Below are positions 1 to 9,785 of a stretch of DNA of 64,000 nucleotides, piece after piece. The notes below the pieces were generated by a model. That model was not told the DNA's origin, ran no database searches, and saw only the letters and a program-made list of their open reading frames with translations. This stretch comes from Acutalibacteraceae bacterium (GTDB lineage Bacteria; Bacillota; Clostridia; Oscillospirales; Acutalibacteraceae). A program made the position numbers and the translations under genes. Location: the NCBI GenBank assembly GCA_045638585.1, contig JAZUBO010000006.1:7907-71906 (forward strand), in the 5' to 3' direction. Numbering within the stretch: position 1 is the stretch's first letter; each line of letters opens with the position of its first letter.

Positions 1-5
1 CAAAT

Positions 6-42
6 AAAGGATAGTATATTCACACGAAATATACTATCCTTT
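6..42. terminator. Perfect 14-bp hairpin, probably an intrinsic terminator for a gene left of the window
   Basis: AAAGGATAGTATAT - 9 nt loop - ATATACTATCCTTT, followed by AACTTTTAATTT. The gene it serves is not visible. Confidence 0.35.
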
Positions 43-232
43 AACTTTTAATTTGTTGAAGAACGGTCCCCCTCCCTTTTTGTCTACGACAAAAAAGGAT
101 GATAAGCTTCGCAAATCTTTAGTTTTATCATCGCATTAAATTTTCGCGAAGCTTACTGGCGACTGGTGACTGAAGATTGGTGACTTACATCTGCTTTTCA
201 ATTTCTCTTTAAATAAATTTGATTTATCAACT

Positions 233-3200
233 TTATCTCATAGCCCTGTTTACAATATCCTGATAGTCGGTAACGTCAATAATACCGTTTTGGTCTGTGT
301 CGGCGGCGAGAGAATAAACGTCAGTTAATTCCTGATGACCATTAGCCGTTTTCTCTGCTTCGAAGCAATCAAGAACGTTACAGATACTGTCGCCGTTAAT
401 ATCACCGTAAACAACTATTCTGAAGGTTGTATTTGGTACACCGTTTATATAAACGATAAAGGATGAGCCTGTACCGAAATAATCGTTTGAACCTGAGGTG
501 TAAGAAGGTACAGGGATATATCTTTCATTTTCACCGAATGTAACGATATCTGTAAGAACAGTTTTTTCGGTGTAAGAGGTAAAAAGAGTAAGGTTTTTAA
601 AATTAATTGTTGAATCGCCTTGTGGCTTAATAGGACAATATGCACAAAGAGAGCTGGTTATATAAATAGCCTCGTTTTTACCATCCTTGCTTGTTGCAAC
701 GCAGTAATAGTAATTATAAGTGGTGTCGTAATCACCGGGTAAAAATTTACTGCTTGTAGCACCTGTTATAGCAGTACCGCCTGAGGTTGATTTTGTGTTA
801 GTACCGTACCATTGATACGTTCTTTTAAAGCCGATTATATCAAAGTACAACTCTTGGTTATAATCCTGGCAGTAGGGGGCAATATCGTTGAAAATAGCCG
901 TTTGGGGCGTTATTTCAATAAAGGTCTGCCCATTTTCTGTTGCCCATGTTTCAGCGTAGCTACCCGTTGAACCGTAAATTATAATGTTTTCGGTATTTGA
1001 TGAGTTGATAGTTTTAAGTGAAGAGGGGATAGCAACAGGTACTCCCGAGGGTAAATCTGAAATTACAAGGGGAACGTTAAATATAATTTTATCTGCTGTA
1101 AATCTAGCTTGGAATGCGTTTTGGAGAACTGTAATTCCTTTGCCAAAATACAATTCACCGAGAGCCGTACAACCGGCAAATGCATCTTCCTCCAAGGTAG
1201 TTACGTTAGAACAGTCTATTGTTTTAAGTGAAGTACAGTTTTGGAAAGCATAGGTACTGATTGTCTGCAATACAGACGTTGCAACAGTTTCAAGCTTTGT
1301 GCAGTTATTAAAGCTATAATCACCAACACTATATAGCTTGGGAGCAATAACCGTTTTTAAAGAACTACAGTTCTGGAAAGCGTAGTTATCAATTGTCTGC
1401 AATAAAGGAAGTTCAATAGTTTCAAGAGCCGTGCAATTAGAAAAGCAATAACCACCAACTCTTTGGAGCTTGGGGGCGATAAATGTTTTTAAAGAGCTGC
1501 AACCGGAAAAGTTTGAATCCTCAAGACCATTGCCTATAAAAGTTAATAAGGGGAAATTAACCGTTTCAAGACTTGAACAGTTTGTGAAATTACGCTTCAA
1601 AAAACTACTTACTGAATCAGCCGAAATTTCTTTTAAAGAGGTACAGCCATAAAAACATTCATCCTGAAGATCTGTTACCAAAGGAATTGATATTGATTCA
1701 AGACTTGTGCAATCCTTGAAACCTCTGCTGCTGATAGAGGTAGCATAAGGAATGATTGCCTCTCGTACATTTGAATTGTAAAAAGCATCCTCTTTTATAG
1801 TTTCTATATTATCTAATTCTACAACCTGAACACCGCCTGCACCATCAAAAGCTGAGCCACCTATATACGTGGTATTTTTTAAATATAAAAATTGTAAGGA
1901 TTCACAACCTTTGAAAGAACTGCCGCCGATATATGTTAAATTAATTCCGTCAAATTCTTTTAAGTTTGTACATCCTTCAAAGGCGTGATCAACCCGTGTT
2001 ACACCGTGCGCTCTTATATATTGAAGGTTGCTGCAATAAGCGAATGCCTGCAATTGAAGATCCGTAATACTATCAGGAAGAACAACACTTTCTAAATAAT
2101 TAAAGCTTCTGAAGGTTTCTCTTGCAATACCCTTCGGGGCAATTCCGTCAATGGTGTCAGGTATAACGAGAATCGTTTCATCCTCTCCGGTGGGTCCTAA
2201 ATATTCAGTAATATATCCCGAAGAATTGATTACGTATTTATCTTCTTCGTCAGGGAAAATTCTTGTGTATGAGGCGGTAACCTCTTCGCTTGAAATTGCA
2301 CCTATTTTATAAGCGTAAGCGGTAACTACGGTATCATATTTAATTTTTATAGGTTGAGAATATGTTTTGTAGTAATCCGAACCAAACGTTGAAAGATTAT
2401 AGGATATTGTGGCACCTTCAACGTCACAGCTTAATTCAAGGTAAAATTCATCATCGAAATTACCGGGTTCAACGCTGAATTTTGGGGTCGGAAGCTGAGG
2501 TACACCATCATCAAATATATATTCAATGTGCATGCAATTTTTATATTCGAATTTTTCTATAGTTTCAACGGCTGATTCGTAAGTAGTATCGGGATTGTCG
2601 AGAATCATATAAGTAACTGCCGCTGCAACAAAGGGTGAAGCCATTGATGTACCGGATAAGGCTGCATAAGTATTACCGAGATAGGAACTCTTAACGCTCA
2701 TACCGATTGCATTTGTTTCGCACATTGAGCCGGTGTTTGTCCAGGAGGGAATACCGTTTAAGGTTTTGTTACAAGCTTTTACCGTGATTACATTATCACA
2801 GCAAGCGGGTGTATAGGGTACGACATCCATATTAGCACCGTCGTTACCTGCCGAAACAACAACGATGATGCCTGCATCGTTGGCTTTCTTTATAGCTTCA
2901 TCCATAAGTTCATTTTCACCGCGTCTGCCAAGACTCATATTGATAACGTCAACACCGTCCGCAATAGCCGCTTCAACACCTAAAACAACCTGAGCATCTG
3001 TGCCTTCACCGTTTTCGTCTAAAACACGGTAGGGCTTAACGGTAACGTTGTCAAGAGTGTTAGCAACAATTATACCTGCAACGTGAGTGCCGTGACCATC
3101 CTTATCGTAGCAGGAAACACCGTCAATAGCGTCGAAGCCCGTAGGCTCAACTCTTCCTGCTAAAAGCTCGTGGTCGGCTTCAACGCCTGTGTCAATAACA

Positions 3201-3781
3201 GCAACTGTAATTTCTTCTGTGTAAACAATGTTTTTATCAGCAAGCTTTTTTCTTAAACCTGTAAAGCCTTGTGGGTCTGAACAGTCCTGCATAGGATTAT
3301 CAACCGCATTTGAAGAAACGGTATCATTGGTTGCTTCGTTAAGCTCAACGTTTTCTTCAATTACTTCGTATTCAGCGGTTTTATTTATGCAGTCTTCCTG
3401 AGCGTAAATAACGTTTTCACAGCTTTCGTAGAACGCGAGAGCTGCTTCCATATCACTGTAAGAGCCAAACTGAAGAATATGCAAATCGTTGTAGCCCCCG
3501 ATATGCTCTACCGCATTGAGTGTGTCAATTTTACCTTCTGCTTTAACAATAAGACGTTTCGTTGAATCCTTGTGAGCAAGCTCATTTTCATCAAGCGTTT
3601 CAGCCGAAAATACAGAAACGTCATTGTCGGAATCGTATTCTTTTGTAAGCTGGGTAAGCTTTTGCGTAAAAGCTTCAAGAGGAGAAAGAGAATTCTTTTC
3701 AGCCTCGTAGCCTTGAGCAAAAACAGATACGCTTGAAAATGTAAGAATCAAGCATAAAAACAAGCAAAAAAACTTTTTCAT
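233..3781 (-). CDS. Secreted subtilisin-family (peptidase S8) protease with a BspA-type leucine-rich-repeat region and a C-terminal type-I dockerin
   Basis: 1182-aa ORF. Signal peptide MKKFFCLFLCLILTFSSVSVFAQG. S8 triad motifs VAVIDTGV (Asp), HGTHVAGI (His) and SGTSMASP (Ser). A long run of ~23-aa units of the form F..C..L..I..P..V..IG..AF. C-terminal duplicated Ca-loop segments DINGDSICNVLD and DTDQNGIIDVTD typical of dockerins. Confidence 0.9.
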   Translation of the reverse strand: MKKFFCLFLCLILTFSSVSVFAQGYEAEKNSLSPLEAFTQKLTQLTKEYDSDNDVSVFSAETLDENELAHKDSTKRLIVKAEGKIDTLNAVEHIGGYNDLHILQFGSYSDMEAALAFYESCENVIYAQEDCINKTAEYEVIEENVELNEATNDTVSSNAVDNPMQDCSDPQGFTGLRKKLADKNIVYTEEITVAVIDTGVEADHELLAGRVEPTGFDAIDGVSCYDKDGHGTHVAGIIVANTLDNVTVKPYRVLDENGEGTDAQVVLGVEAAIADGVDVINMSLGRRGENELMDEAIKKANDAGIIVVVSAGNDGANMDVVPYTPACCDNVITVKACNKTLNGIPSWTNTGSMCETNAIGMSVKSSYLGNTYAALSGTSMASPFVAAAVTYMILDNPDTTYESAVETIEKFEYKNCMHIEYIFDDGVPQLPTPKFSVEPGNFDDEFYLELSCDVEGATISYNLSTFGSDYYKTYSQPIKIKYDTVVTAYAYKIGAISSEEVTASYTRIFPDEEDKYVINSSGYITEYLGPTGEDETILVIPDTIDGIAPKGIARETFRSFNYLESVVLPDSITDLQLQAFAYCSNLQYIRAHGVTRVDHAFEGCTNLKEFDGINLTYIGGSSFKGCESLQFLYLKNTTYIGGSAFDGAGGVQVVELDNIETIKEDAFYNSNVREAIIPYATSISSRGFKDCTSLESISIPLVTDLQDECFYGCTSLKEISADSVSSFLKRNFTNCSSLETVNFPLLTFIGNGLEDSNFSGCSSLKTFIAPKLQRVGGYCFSNCTALETIELPLLQTIDNYAFQNCSSLKTVIAPKLYSVGDYSFNNCTKLETVATSVLQTISTYAFQNCTSLKTIDCSNVTTLEEDAFAGCTALGELYFGKGITVLQNAFQARFTADKIIFNVPLVISDLPSGVPVAIPSSLKTINSSNTENIIIYGSTGSYAETWATENGQTFIEITPQTAIFNDIAPYCQDYNQELYFDIIGFKRTYQWYGTNTKSTSGGTAITGATSSKFLPGDYDTTYNYYYCVATSKDGKNEAIYITSSLCAYCPIKPQGDSTINFKNLTLFTSYTEKTVLTDIVTFGENERYIPVPSYTSGSNDYFGTGSSFIVYINGVPNTTFRIVVYGDINGDSICNVLDCFEAEKTANGHQELTDVYSLAADTDQNGIIDVTDYQDIVNRAMR

Positions 3782-3890
3782 ATTAATTCCTCCGTTGTTT
3801 TTTGTTAATTACATTGTAACTGTTGAAACTAAAAATAGAATATACTTTGCCTGATTGTCGAAAAATCGTGCCTAATTATCGAAAAAAATA

Positions 3891-3924
3891 AAATCCGAGC
3901 AGTTTTTTACAACTGCTCGGATTT
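3891..3924 (-). terminator. Intrinsic terminator downstream of the HAD hydrolase gene
   Basis: AAATCCGAGCAGTT - TTTTAC - AACTGCTCGGATTT with A/T runs on both sides. On the minus strand the stem is followed by TTTTATTTTTTT. Confidence 0.7.
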
Positions 3925-3925
3925 T

Positions 3926-4723
3926 TTACTCATACATTCCCTCAAGTATCTCAATCGCATTCGCTATACACCCATCATTATTTGACCTCGTTACGTATTT
4001 TGCCACTGCTAAAGCTTCTTGCGACCCGTTTTCGGGTACGAAGCCGCCCTTTGCCGCAACAAGCATTTCAACGTCGTTATATCCGTCACCGGCAGAGTAG
4101 GTATTTTCCGCTAAACAACCGAGAGCCTTTGCAAGCTTTAAAAGCCCCGTTCCTTTATCAACGCCTTTTTTCAAAATTTCAACGTAATTCCCTGTTGTCT
4201 TAAGATAATTTATTTCGGGAAAACGGTCGAGAATTTCCTGCACTTCCATTGAACAACCGTGAGCCGCTATCATAACCTTTGTCCATGGGAGCGGTGCTTC
4301 CTCAGGCGAATTGATTTTATGAAACTCAATACCTTGACTTGTAAAATGCTGTTCAGAGTGTTGGTTTAAGTTTACCGCACAAACTTTATTGAAGTTATAA
4401 AACTCTATTGAAATATCGGGGAATGCCTTTAACACCGCATTAACGGCAGGCAAGCCCTCGCTTTCAATGGCATCGTTGAATATGATTTTTCCGCTTTCGT
4501 AATCATAAGCCATAGCACCATTACCTAAAAGAACAGGTGCATTTATATATTCGGGGTCGTAAAGATGAAAGCCTTGAAAAATTCTGCCTGTACACACGGT
4601 AAATTTACCGCCCTTTTTCATAAAATATTTAATTGCAGATTTTACGTCGTCGGTAATAACTCCGTCATCATTTTTTAAGGTACCGTCAAAATCACTTGCT
4701 AATAAAACATTTTGAAATTTCAT
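3926..4723 (-). CDS. Cof-type HAD-IIB family hydrolase (sugar-phosphate phosphatase-like)
   Basis: 265-aa ORF with HAD motif I DFDGTL near the N-terminus and motif IV GDGYNDVEM near the C-terminus. Confidence 0.85.
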   Translation of the reverse strand: MKFQNVLLASDFDGTLKNDDGVITDDVKSAIKYFMKKGGKFTVCTGRIFQGFHLYDPEYINAPVLLGNGAMAYDYESGKIIFNDAIESEGLPAVNAVLKAFPDISIEFYNFNKVCAVNLNQHSEQHFTSQGIEFHKINSPEEAPLPWTKVMIAAHGCSMEVQEILDRFPEINYLKTTGNYVEILKKGVDKGTGLLKLAKALGCLAENTYSAGDGYNDVEMLVAAKGGFVPENGSQEALAVAKYVTRSNNDGCIANAIEILEGMYE

Positions 4724-4851
4724 AATATCACCTTAATTAATTTTACCAAACAGCAAGCGCATTTTCAATAAAAATAACGGCTTTATGGCAATTTGTATAA
4801 TACTTTTACCGCCTTTTTAGTTATTTTCTATCAAAATAAAGCCGAAAAATC

Positions 4852-4880
4852 TTGATTAAAATTTATTATAGTGTTATAAT
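4852..4880 (+). promoter_or_regulatory. Sigma-A-type promoter for asnA
   Basis: TTGATT (4852-4857), 17-nt spacer, then TGT-TATAAT (extended -10, hexamer 4875-4880), about 35 nt upstream of the asnA start. Confidence 0.55.
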
Positions 4881-4913
4881 TTTTCAGTTATTAAGTTTTT
4901 TGGAGGTATATGT

Positions 4914-5921
4914 ATGCTCGTATTAAAAGATGGCTACAAATCAACTCTCTCTATGAGAGATACTCAAAGAGCAATTAAGCTCACAAGGGATACTTTTCAG
5001 AATAATCTTTGTGCGGCACTTAACCTCGAAAGAATATCTGCACCGCTTTTTGTTACAAAGTCAAGCGGTCTCAACGATGACCTTAACGGCTTTGAAAGAG
5101 CTGTTTCCTTCGACGTAAAGGATATGGCTGATGAGGGGGAGGCAGTTATTGTTCACTCTCTTGCTAAATGGAAAAGAACAGCTCTTAAAAAGTACGGCTT
5201 CAATGCAGGTGAAGGTCTTTATACTGATATGAATGCAATCCGTCGTGATGAAGAGATGGATAATCTTCATTCAATCTACGTTGACCAGTGGGACTGGGAA
5301 AGAGTTATCGAAAAAAAAGACAGAACTGAAGAATACCTTAAAGAAACAGTTCAGAAGATAATCGATGCTCTTTGCGATACTCTTGATACAGTCAAAGAGC
5401 GATTTCCCTCTGTTGACGTCAATATTGAAAGAAACGTTCATTTCGTTACAACGCAGGAGCTTGAGGATATGTATCCCGAGTTTACAGGTAAAGAGCGCGA
5501 AAAGGCAATTGCAAAAGAATACGGTACAGTTTTTGTTATGAAAATCGGTGAAAAGCTTAAAAGCGGTAAGCCTCACGACGGTAGAGCTCCCGATTATGAT
5601 GATTGGCAGCTTAACGGTGATATCATTATCTACAACAAGGTTTTAGAAGATGCTTTTGAGATTTCCTCAATGGGTATAAGAGTTGATGAGCACTCTCTCG
5701 ATTATCAGCTTAAAGCATCAGGCAAAGACGAAAGAAGAAGCTTTGATTATCATAAACAGATTCTTGAAGGTACTTTACCTCTTACAATCGGCGGCGGTAT
5801 TGGTCAATCAAGAGTATGTATGCTCCTTTTAGGTAAGCTTCACGTGGGCGAGGTTCAGGCTTCACTCTGGCCCAAGGAAATGAAAAAAATCTGTGCTGAA
5901 AATGGTGTGAATCTTTTATAA
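4914..5921 (+). CDS. asnA: Aspartate--ammonia ligase (asparagine synthetase A)
   Basis: 335 aa. Collinear with E. coli AsnA as I recall it: HSLAKWKR, YVDQWDWERV, RAPDYDDW, LNGDI, SSMGIRVD, GGGIGQSR. RBS GGAGG lies upstream. Confidence 0.93.
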   Translation: MLVLKDGYKSTLSMRDTQRAIKLTRDTFQNNLCAALNLERISAPLFVTKSSGLNDDLNGFERAVSFDVKDMADEGEAVIVHSLAKWKRTALKKYGFNAGEGLYTDMNAIRRDEEMDNLHSIYVDQWDWERVIEKKDRTEEYLKETVQKIIDALCDTLDTVKERFPSVDVNIERNVHFVTTQELEDMYPEFTGKEREKAIAKEYGTVFVMKIGEKLKSGKPHDGRAPDYDDWQLNGDIIIYNKVLEDAFEISSMGIRVDEHSLDYQLKASGKDERRSFDYHKQILEGTLPLTIGGGIGQSRVCMLLLGKLHVGEVQASLWPKEMKKICAENGVNLL

Positions 5922-6000
5922 TAGAGGTAAAGTATGTCCGAACCGGCCTTAAATGGCGAGGTTTCGGTGCTTTTGCCCGATTTGCCTTTGAAAGGTTAAG

Positions 6001-7833
6001 GTGAAAACAGTGGATAGAAGAGAAGATATAAGAAATATAGCAATCATAGCTCACGTTGACCACGGTAAAACAACCTTGGTTGACCAGCTTCTTCATCAGA
6101 GCGGTATCTTCCGTTCAAATGAACAGGTTGATGAAAGAGTTATGGACTCAAACGACCTTGAAAAAGAACGAGGAATTACAATTCTCTCAAAGAATACGGG
6201 TATTCATTACAAAGACGTTAAAATCAATATCGTTGACACTCCCGGTCACGCCGATTTCGGTGGCGAGGTTGAGCGTATTATGATGATGGTTGACGGTGTT
6301 CTCCTTCTCGTAGATGCTTTTGAGGGTTGTATGCCTCAGACACGCTTCGTTCTAAAAAAAGCACTTGCCCTCGGCAAAAAGGCTATCGTTGTTATAAACA
6401 AGGTTGACCGTCCCGGTGCAAGACCTATGGAAGTTATTGACGAAGTTCTTGATTTGTTTATTGAGCTTGGTGCAAACGATGACCAGATTGAATTCCCGGT
6501 TGTATTTGCTTCAGGTCGTGACGGTTATGCATCTCTTGACCCCGAAGCAAGAGAGGGGGATATGAGACCTCTTCTTGATTCAATTCTTGAAAATATTGAT
6601 GCTCCTCAGGGTGATATAAACGGACCCTTGCAGCTTCTTTTCTCAAGCCTAGATTATGACGATTATCTTGGCAGAATCGGTGTAGGTCGAGTTGAAAGAG
6701 GCTCCGTAAAGGTTGGTCAGCAGGTTGTTCTTTGCAGTAAAGATGGCGGTCAGACTAATGCAAAAATAGTTAAGCTTTATACATTTGAGGGTCTTTCACG
6801 TGTTGAATGTCAGGAAGCAAAAATGGGTGACCTTGTTGCTGTTTCGGGTATCAACGAGCTTAATATCGGTGAAACTGCTTGCGATAAAGATTGCCCCGAA
6901 GCACTTCCCTTCGTTGAAATAGACGAGCCTACAATATCAATGAACTTTATGGTTAATGATAGTCCCTTTGCAGGTCAGGAGGGTAAGTTTGTTACCTCAA
7001 GAAATATCCGTGCAAGACTTTTTAAAGAGGTTGAAACAAACGTTAGTATGAGAGTTGAAGAAACCGATACTACCGATTCATTCAAGGTCAGCGGACGTGG
7101 TGAATTACATCTTTCAATTCTTATTGAAACAATGCGTCGTCAGGGTTATGAATTCCAGGTTTCAAGACCTCAGGTTATTTATAAAAACGGTCCCAACGGT
7201 GAGCTTTTAGAGCCTATGGAGCTTCTTATTGTTGAAGTTCCCGAAAGCTACGTTGGTGCGGTTATGGAAAAAATCGGTTCACGAAAAGGTGAGCTTGAAA
7301 ATATGGATGTGCGCGACGGCGGTTCAACTCATATTGAGTTTAAAATCCCCGCAAGAGGTCTTATTGGCTACCGTTCGGAATTTATGACCGATACAAACGG
7401 TAACGGTATTATGAACAACCTTTTCGCAGGCTACGAAGAGTATAAAGGTGATATCCAGATGCGTGAAAGGGGCTCAATTGTTGTTCACGAAACAGGTGAA
7501 ACAACAGGCTACGGTCTTTTCAATACTCAGGATAGAGGCAGACTTTTCGTTGGACCCGGTGTTCCTGTTTACGAGGGTATGATAGTCGGCGAATGTGCAA
7601 AGAATGAAGACATTGTTTGTAACGTTTGTAAAAAGAAACAGATGACAAACACCCGTGCTTCAGGTAGCGACGATGCGCTCCGCCTTGTTCCTCATACTGT
7701 TCTTTCTCTTGAGCAGTCAATGGAATTTATCGGTGATGACGAGCTTCTCGAGGTAACCCCCGAAAGCATCCGTTTGAGAAAGAGAATCCTTTCAAAAGAA
7801 AAACGAATGAAACAACAGTTCGGTCATAAATAA
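6001..7833 (+). CDS. typA: Translational GTPase TypA/BipA
   Basis: 610 aa; IRNIAIIAHVDHGKTTL G1 motif, DTPGHADF, NKVDR. GTG start at 6001; an in-frame GTG at 6010 behind AAGGTGA is an alternative start. Confidence 0.93.
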   Translation: MKTVDRREDIRNIAIIAHVDHGKTTLVDQLLHQSGIFRSNEQVDERVMDSNDLEKERGITILSKNTGIHYKDVKINIVDTPGHADFGGEVERIMMMVDGVLLLVDAFEGCMPQTRFVLKKALALGKKAIVVINKVDRPGARPMEVIDEVLDLFIELGANDDQIEFPVVFASGRDGYASLDPEAREGDMRPLLDSILENIDAPQGDINGPLQLLFSSLDYDDYLGRIGVGRVERGSVKVGQQVVLCSKDGGQTNAKIVKLYTFEGLSRVECQEAKMGDLVAVSGINELNIGETACDKDCPEALPFVEIDEPTISMNFMVNDSPFAGQEGKFVTSRNIRARLFKEVETNVSMRVEETDTTDSFKVSGRGELHLSILIETMRRQGYEFQVSRPQVIYKNGPNGELLEPMELLIVEVPESYVGAVMEKIGSRKGELENMDVRDGGSTHIEFKIPARGLIGYRSEFMTDTNGNGIMNNLFAGYEEYKGDIQMRERGSIVVHETGETTGYGLFNTQDRGRLFVGPGVPVYEGMIVGECAKNEDIVCNVCKKKQMTNTRASGSDDALRLVPHTVLSLEQSMEFIGDDELLEVTPESIRLRKRILSKEKRMKQQFGHK

Positions 7834-7857
7834 GATATAAATTTTAAAAGCATAACA

Positions 7858-7890
7858 AATCAAAGCCATCTCAAACGAGGTGGCTTGATT
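7858..7890 (+). terminator. Intrinsic terminator after typA
   Basis: AATCAAAGCCATCTC - AAAC - GAGGTGGCTTGATT (one bulge, one G-U), followed by TATTTAT. Confidence 0.6.
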
Positions 7891-7971
7891 TATTTATCTT
7901 TATTTAACAATATGTTAACATTGTTAGTGTAACATAAGAAATAGTAGAGATTTAGTGAAAGGGAGGTTTTT

Positions 7972-8646
7972 ATGGTTTGTATTTTAGTTGTAGAAGATGA
8001 TATTCAGTTCAATAAAATTGTATGCTCTTATCTTTTCGATACTGGTTATAATGTAGTAGGATGTCATAGTGTTGCTGAAGCACTCGAACAAATGGAAAAG
8101 CTATCCTTTGATATGATCATTTCAGATATTATGATGAAGGATGTAAACGGTTTTGAGTTTGCAGAGCAAGTCAGCACACTAAATAAAGATATTCCGTTTT
8201 TGTTTTTAACCGCAAGAGATGATTTACAGTCAAAAGAAAAGGGTTACAGAATCGGTATTGATGATTATATTGTTAAACCGGTTGAAATGAAAGAGTTGGT
8301 ATTCAGAATCGAAGCAATTTTAAGAAGGTCAAAAATTGCAAACAAAAAGAAAATTATTGTTGGTGATTTGGAATTAGATTCCGTTGAAAACGCAGCTTAC
8401 TATAATGGTGAAAATTTAGGCTTATCCGTAAAAGAATTCAACATATTATTTAAGTTCTTATCTTACCCTAAAAGAACATTTACCAGAACACAGCTTATGG
8501 ATGAGTTTTGGGGTTATGATAGTGAGAGTACACCGAGAACAGTTGACGTTTGTATAACGAAGCTTCGAGGTAAAGTTTCAAAATGTAAAGATATTGAAAT
8601 TGTAACCGTTCACGGCTTAGGATACAAGGCGGTGATTCTTGTATGA
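7972..8646 (+). CDS. OmpR-family response regulator
   Basis: 224 aa. Receiver motifs VVEDD and phospho-acceptor context MIISDIMM. C-terminal winged-helix ending VHGLGYK. 4-nt overlap with the kinase gene. Confidence 0.9.
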   Translation: MVCILVVEDDIQFNKIVCSYLFDTGYNVVGCHSVAEALEQMEKLSFDMIISDIMMKDVNGFEFAEQVSTLNKDIPFLFLTARDDLQSKEKGYRIGIDDYIVKPVEMKELVFRIEAILRRSKIANKKKIIVGDLELDSVENAAYYNGENLGLSVKEFNILFKFLSYPKRTFTRTQLMDEFWGYDSESTPRTVDVCITKLRGKVSKCKDIEIVTVHGLGYKAVILV

Positions 8647-9689
8647 AAATAAATCGTAACGAAAAAATATTTGCCAGTCGTCTTCGTAATTTTATTGTTG
8701 AATTTATATCTGTTTTTTCAATTGTTGCATTGAACGGTACTTTTCTTGTATTGATTCTTGTTGATACTATAGGAAAAGGGTTCGATAAATCAACTATAGC
8801 TTTATTCGGTGCTTTGTATCTTTTATTTAGTTGTACAATTTCAACTGCACTCATATATTTTGTGAAAGGCAGAGTTTACCACGATAAAATTAAAGTGTTT
8901 TATGATACTGCAAGTAAGGTTGCCGATGGTGATTTTAATGTAAGAGTACCTATGCTTTTTGTTAAACCGAAAAGTGAAATGGATTATCTTGCAGTTAATT
9001 TTAACAAAATGCTTGTAGAAATATCTTCATTGGAAAATATGAGAAATGATTTTGTTGCAGATGTTTCTCATGAGATAAAGACACCGTTGAGCGTTGTTCA
9101 AGGCTATGCGGACTTATTACAAAATAAAGATTTAACTGATGAGAAGAGAGCAGAGTATACGTTCAGACTTTCTCAGGCAATAGCTTCGCTTACAAATCTT
9201 GTGACGAATATTTTGAAGCTTAACAAGATTGAAAATCAGGGTATTATCCAGAAAGAAAGATTTTCTTTAGACGAGCAACTGCGATATTGTATTCTCGGCT
9301 TTGAAGATATAATTGACGATAAAAATTTAACACTTGATATTGAATTAGATGAGGTTTTTGTTTCAAGTGACAAATCTCTTTTGGAAATAGTATGGAACAA
9401 CTTGATTTCAAATGCGATAAAATATACGCAAAGCGGTGGCGGGATTTCTGTAAAATTAAAAACTGAAAATGGAAAAAATACAGTGCGTATTTCTGATACC
9501 GGTTGCGGAATGACCAATGAGGTTCTTGAACATTGTTTCGAAAAATTCTATCAGGGCGATTGTTCTCATTCCCAAGAGGGTAACGGTTTGGGACTTGCTT
9601 TGGTAAAGCAAGTTGTTAATATGCTCAACAGCGAAATAAAAGTCAAGAGCATTGTAGGCAAGGGAACAGAATTTACGGTAATAATATGA
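8643..9689 (+). CDS. Sensor histidine kinase with a very short extracytoplasmic loop (intramembrane-sensing type)
   Basis: 348 aa. Two N-terminal TM helices separated by ~10 residues. H-box SHEIKTPL, N-box NLISNAIKYT, G1 DTGCGM, G2 GNGLGLA. Confidence 0.88.
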   Translation: MKINRNEKIFASRLRNFIVEFISVFSIVALNGTFLVLILVDTIGKGFDKSTIALFGALYLLFSCTISTALIYFVKGRVYHDKIKVFYDTASKVADGDFNVRVPMLFVKPKSEMDYLAVNFNKMLVEISSLENMRNDFVADVSHEIKTPLSVVQGYADLLQNKDLTDEKRAEYTFRLSQAIASLTNLVTNILKLNKIENQGIIQKERFSLDEQLRYCILGFEDIIDDKNLTLDIELDEVFVSSDKSLLEIVWNNLISNAIKYTQSGGGISVKLKTENGKNTVRISDTGCGMTNEVLEHCFEKFYQGDCSHSQEGNGLGLALVKQVVNMLNSEIKVKSIVGKGTEFTVII

Positions 9690-9696
9690 GTTTAAC

Positions 9697-9740
9697 AAAA
9701 ACTTAACAACGGTAATTTAAAATGCCGTTGTTAAGTTTTT
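9697..9740 (+). terminator. Intrinsic terminator after the two-component operon
   Basis: AAAAACTTAACAACGG - 12 nt loop - CCGTTGTTAAGTTTTT, a perfect 16-bp stem with a T-run. Confidence 0.8.
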
Positions 9741-9785
9741 CTTGTTTGGTGGTGATTTGGAATAAAAAAGACTAACGACACTGAT

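Noticed and set aside
160-190. TGGTGACT direct repeat (164-171 and 179-186) downstream of the protease gene
   Set aside because: It is only two 8-mers in a non-coding tail with several unrelated hairpins. There is no associated gene or symmetry to suggest a binding site.
984-1652. Plus-strand ORFs 984-1253 and 1470-1652 inside the protease gene
   Set aside because: They are antisense to the LRR-coding region of a 1182-aa ORF with a clear domain structure. The repetitive coding sequence produces open antisense frames.
9722-9775. 17-codon ORF (MPLLSFSCLVVIWNKKD) upstream of the radical-SAM operon as a possible RiPP precursor
   Set aside because: Its ATG lies in the loop and 3' arm of the kinase-operon terminator. 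It has no RBS, only one Cys, and no leader/core organisation.
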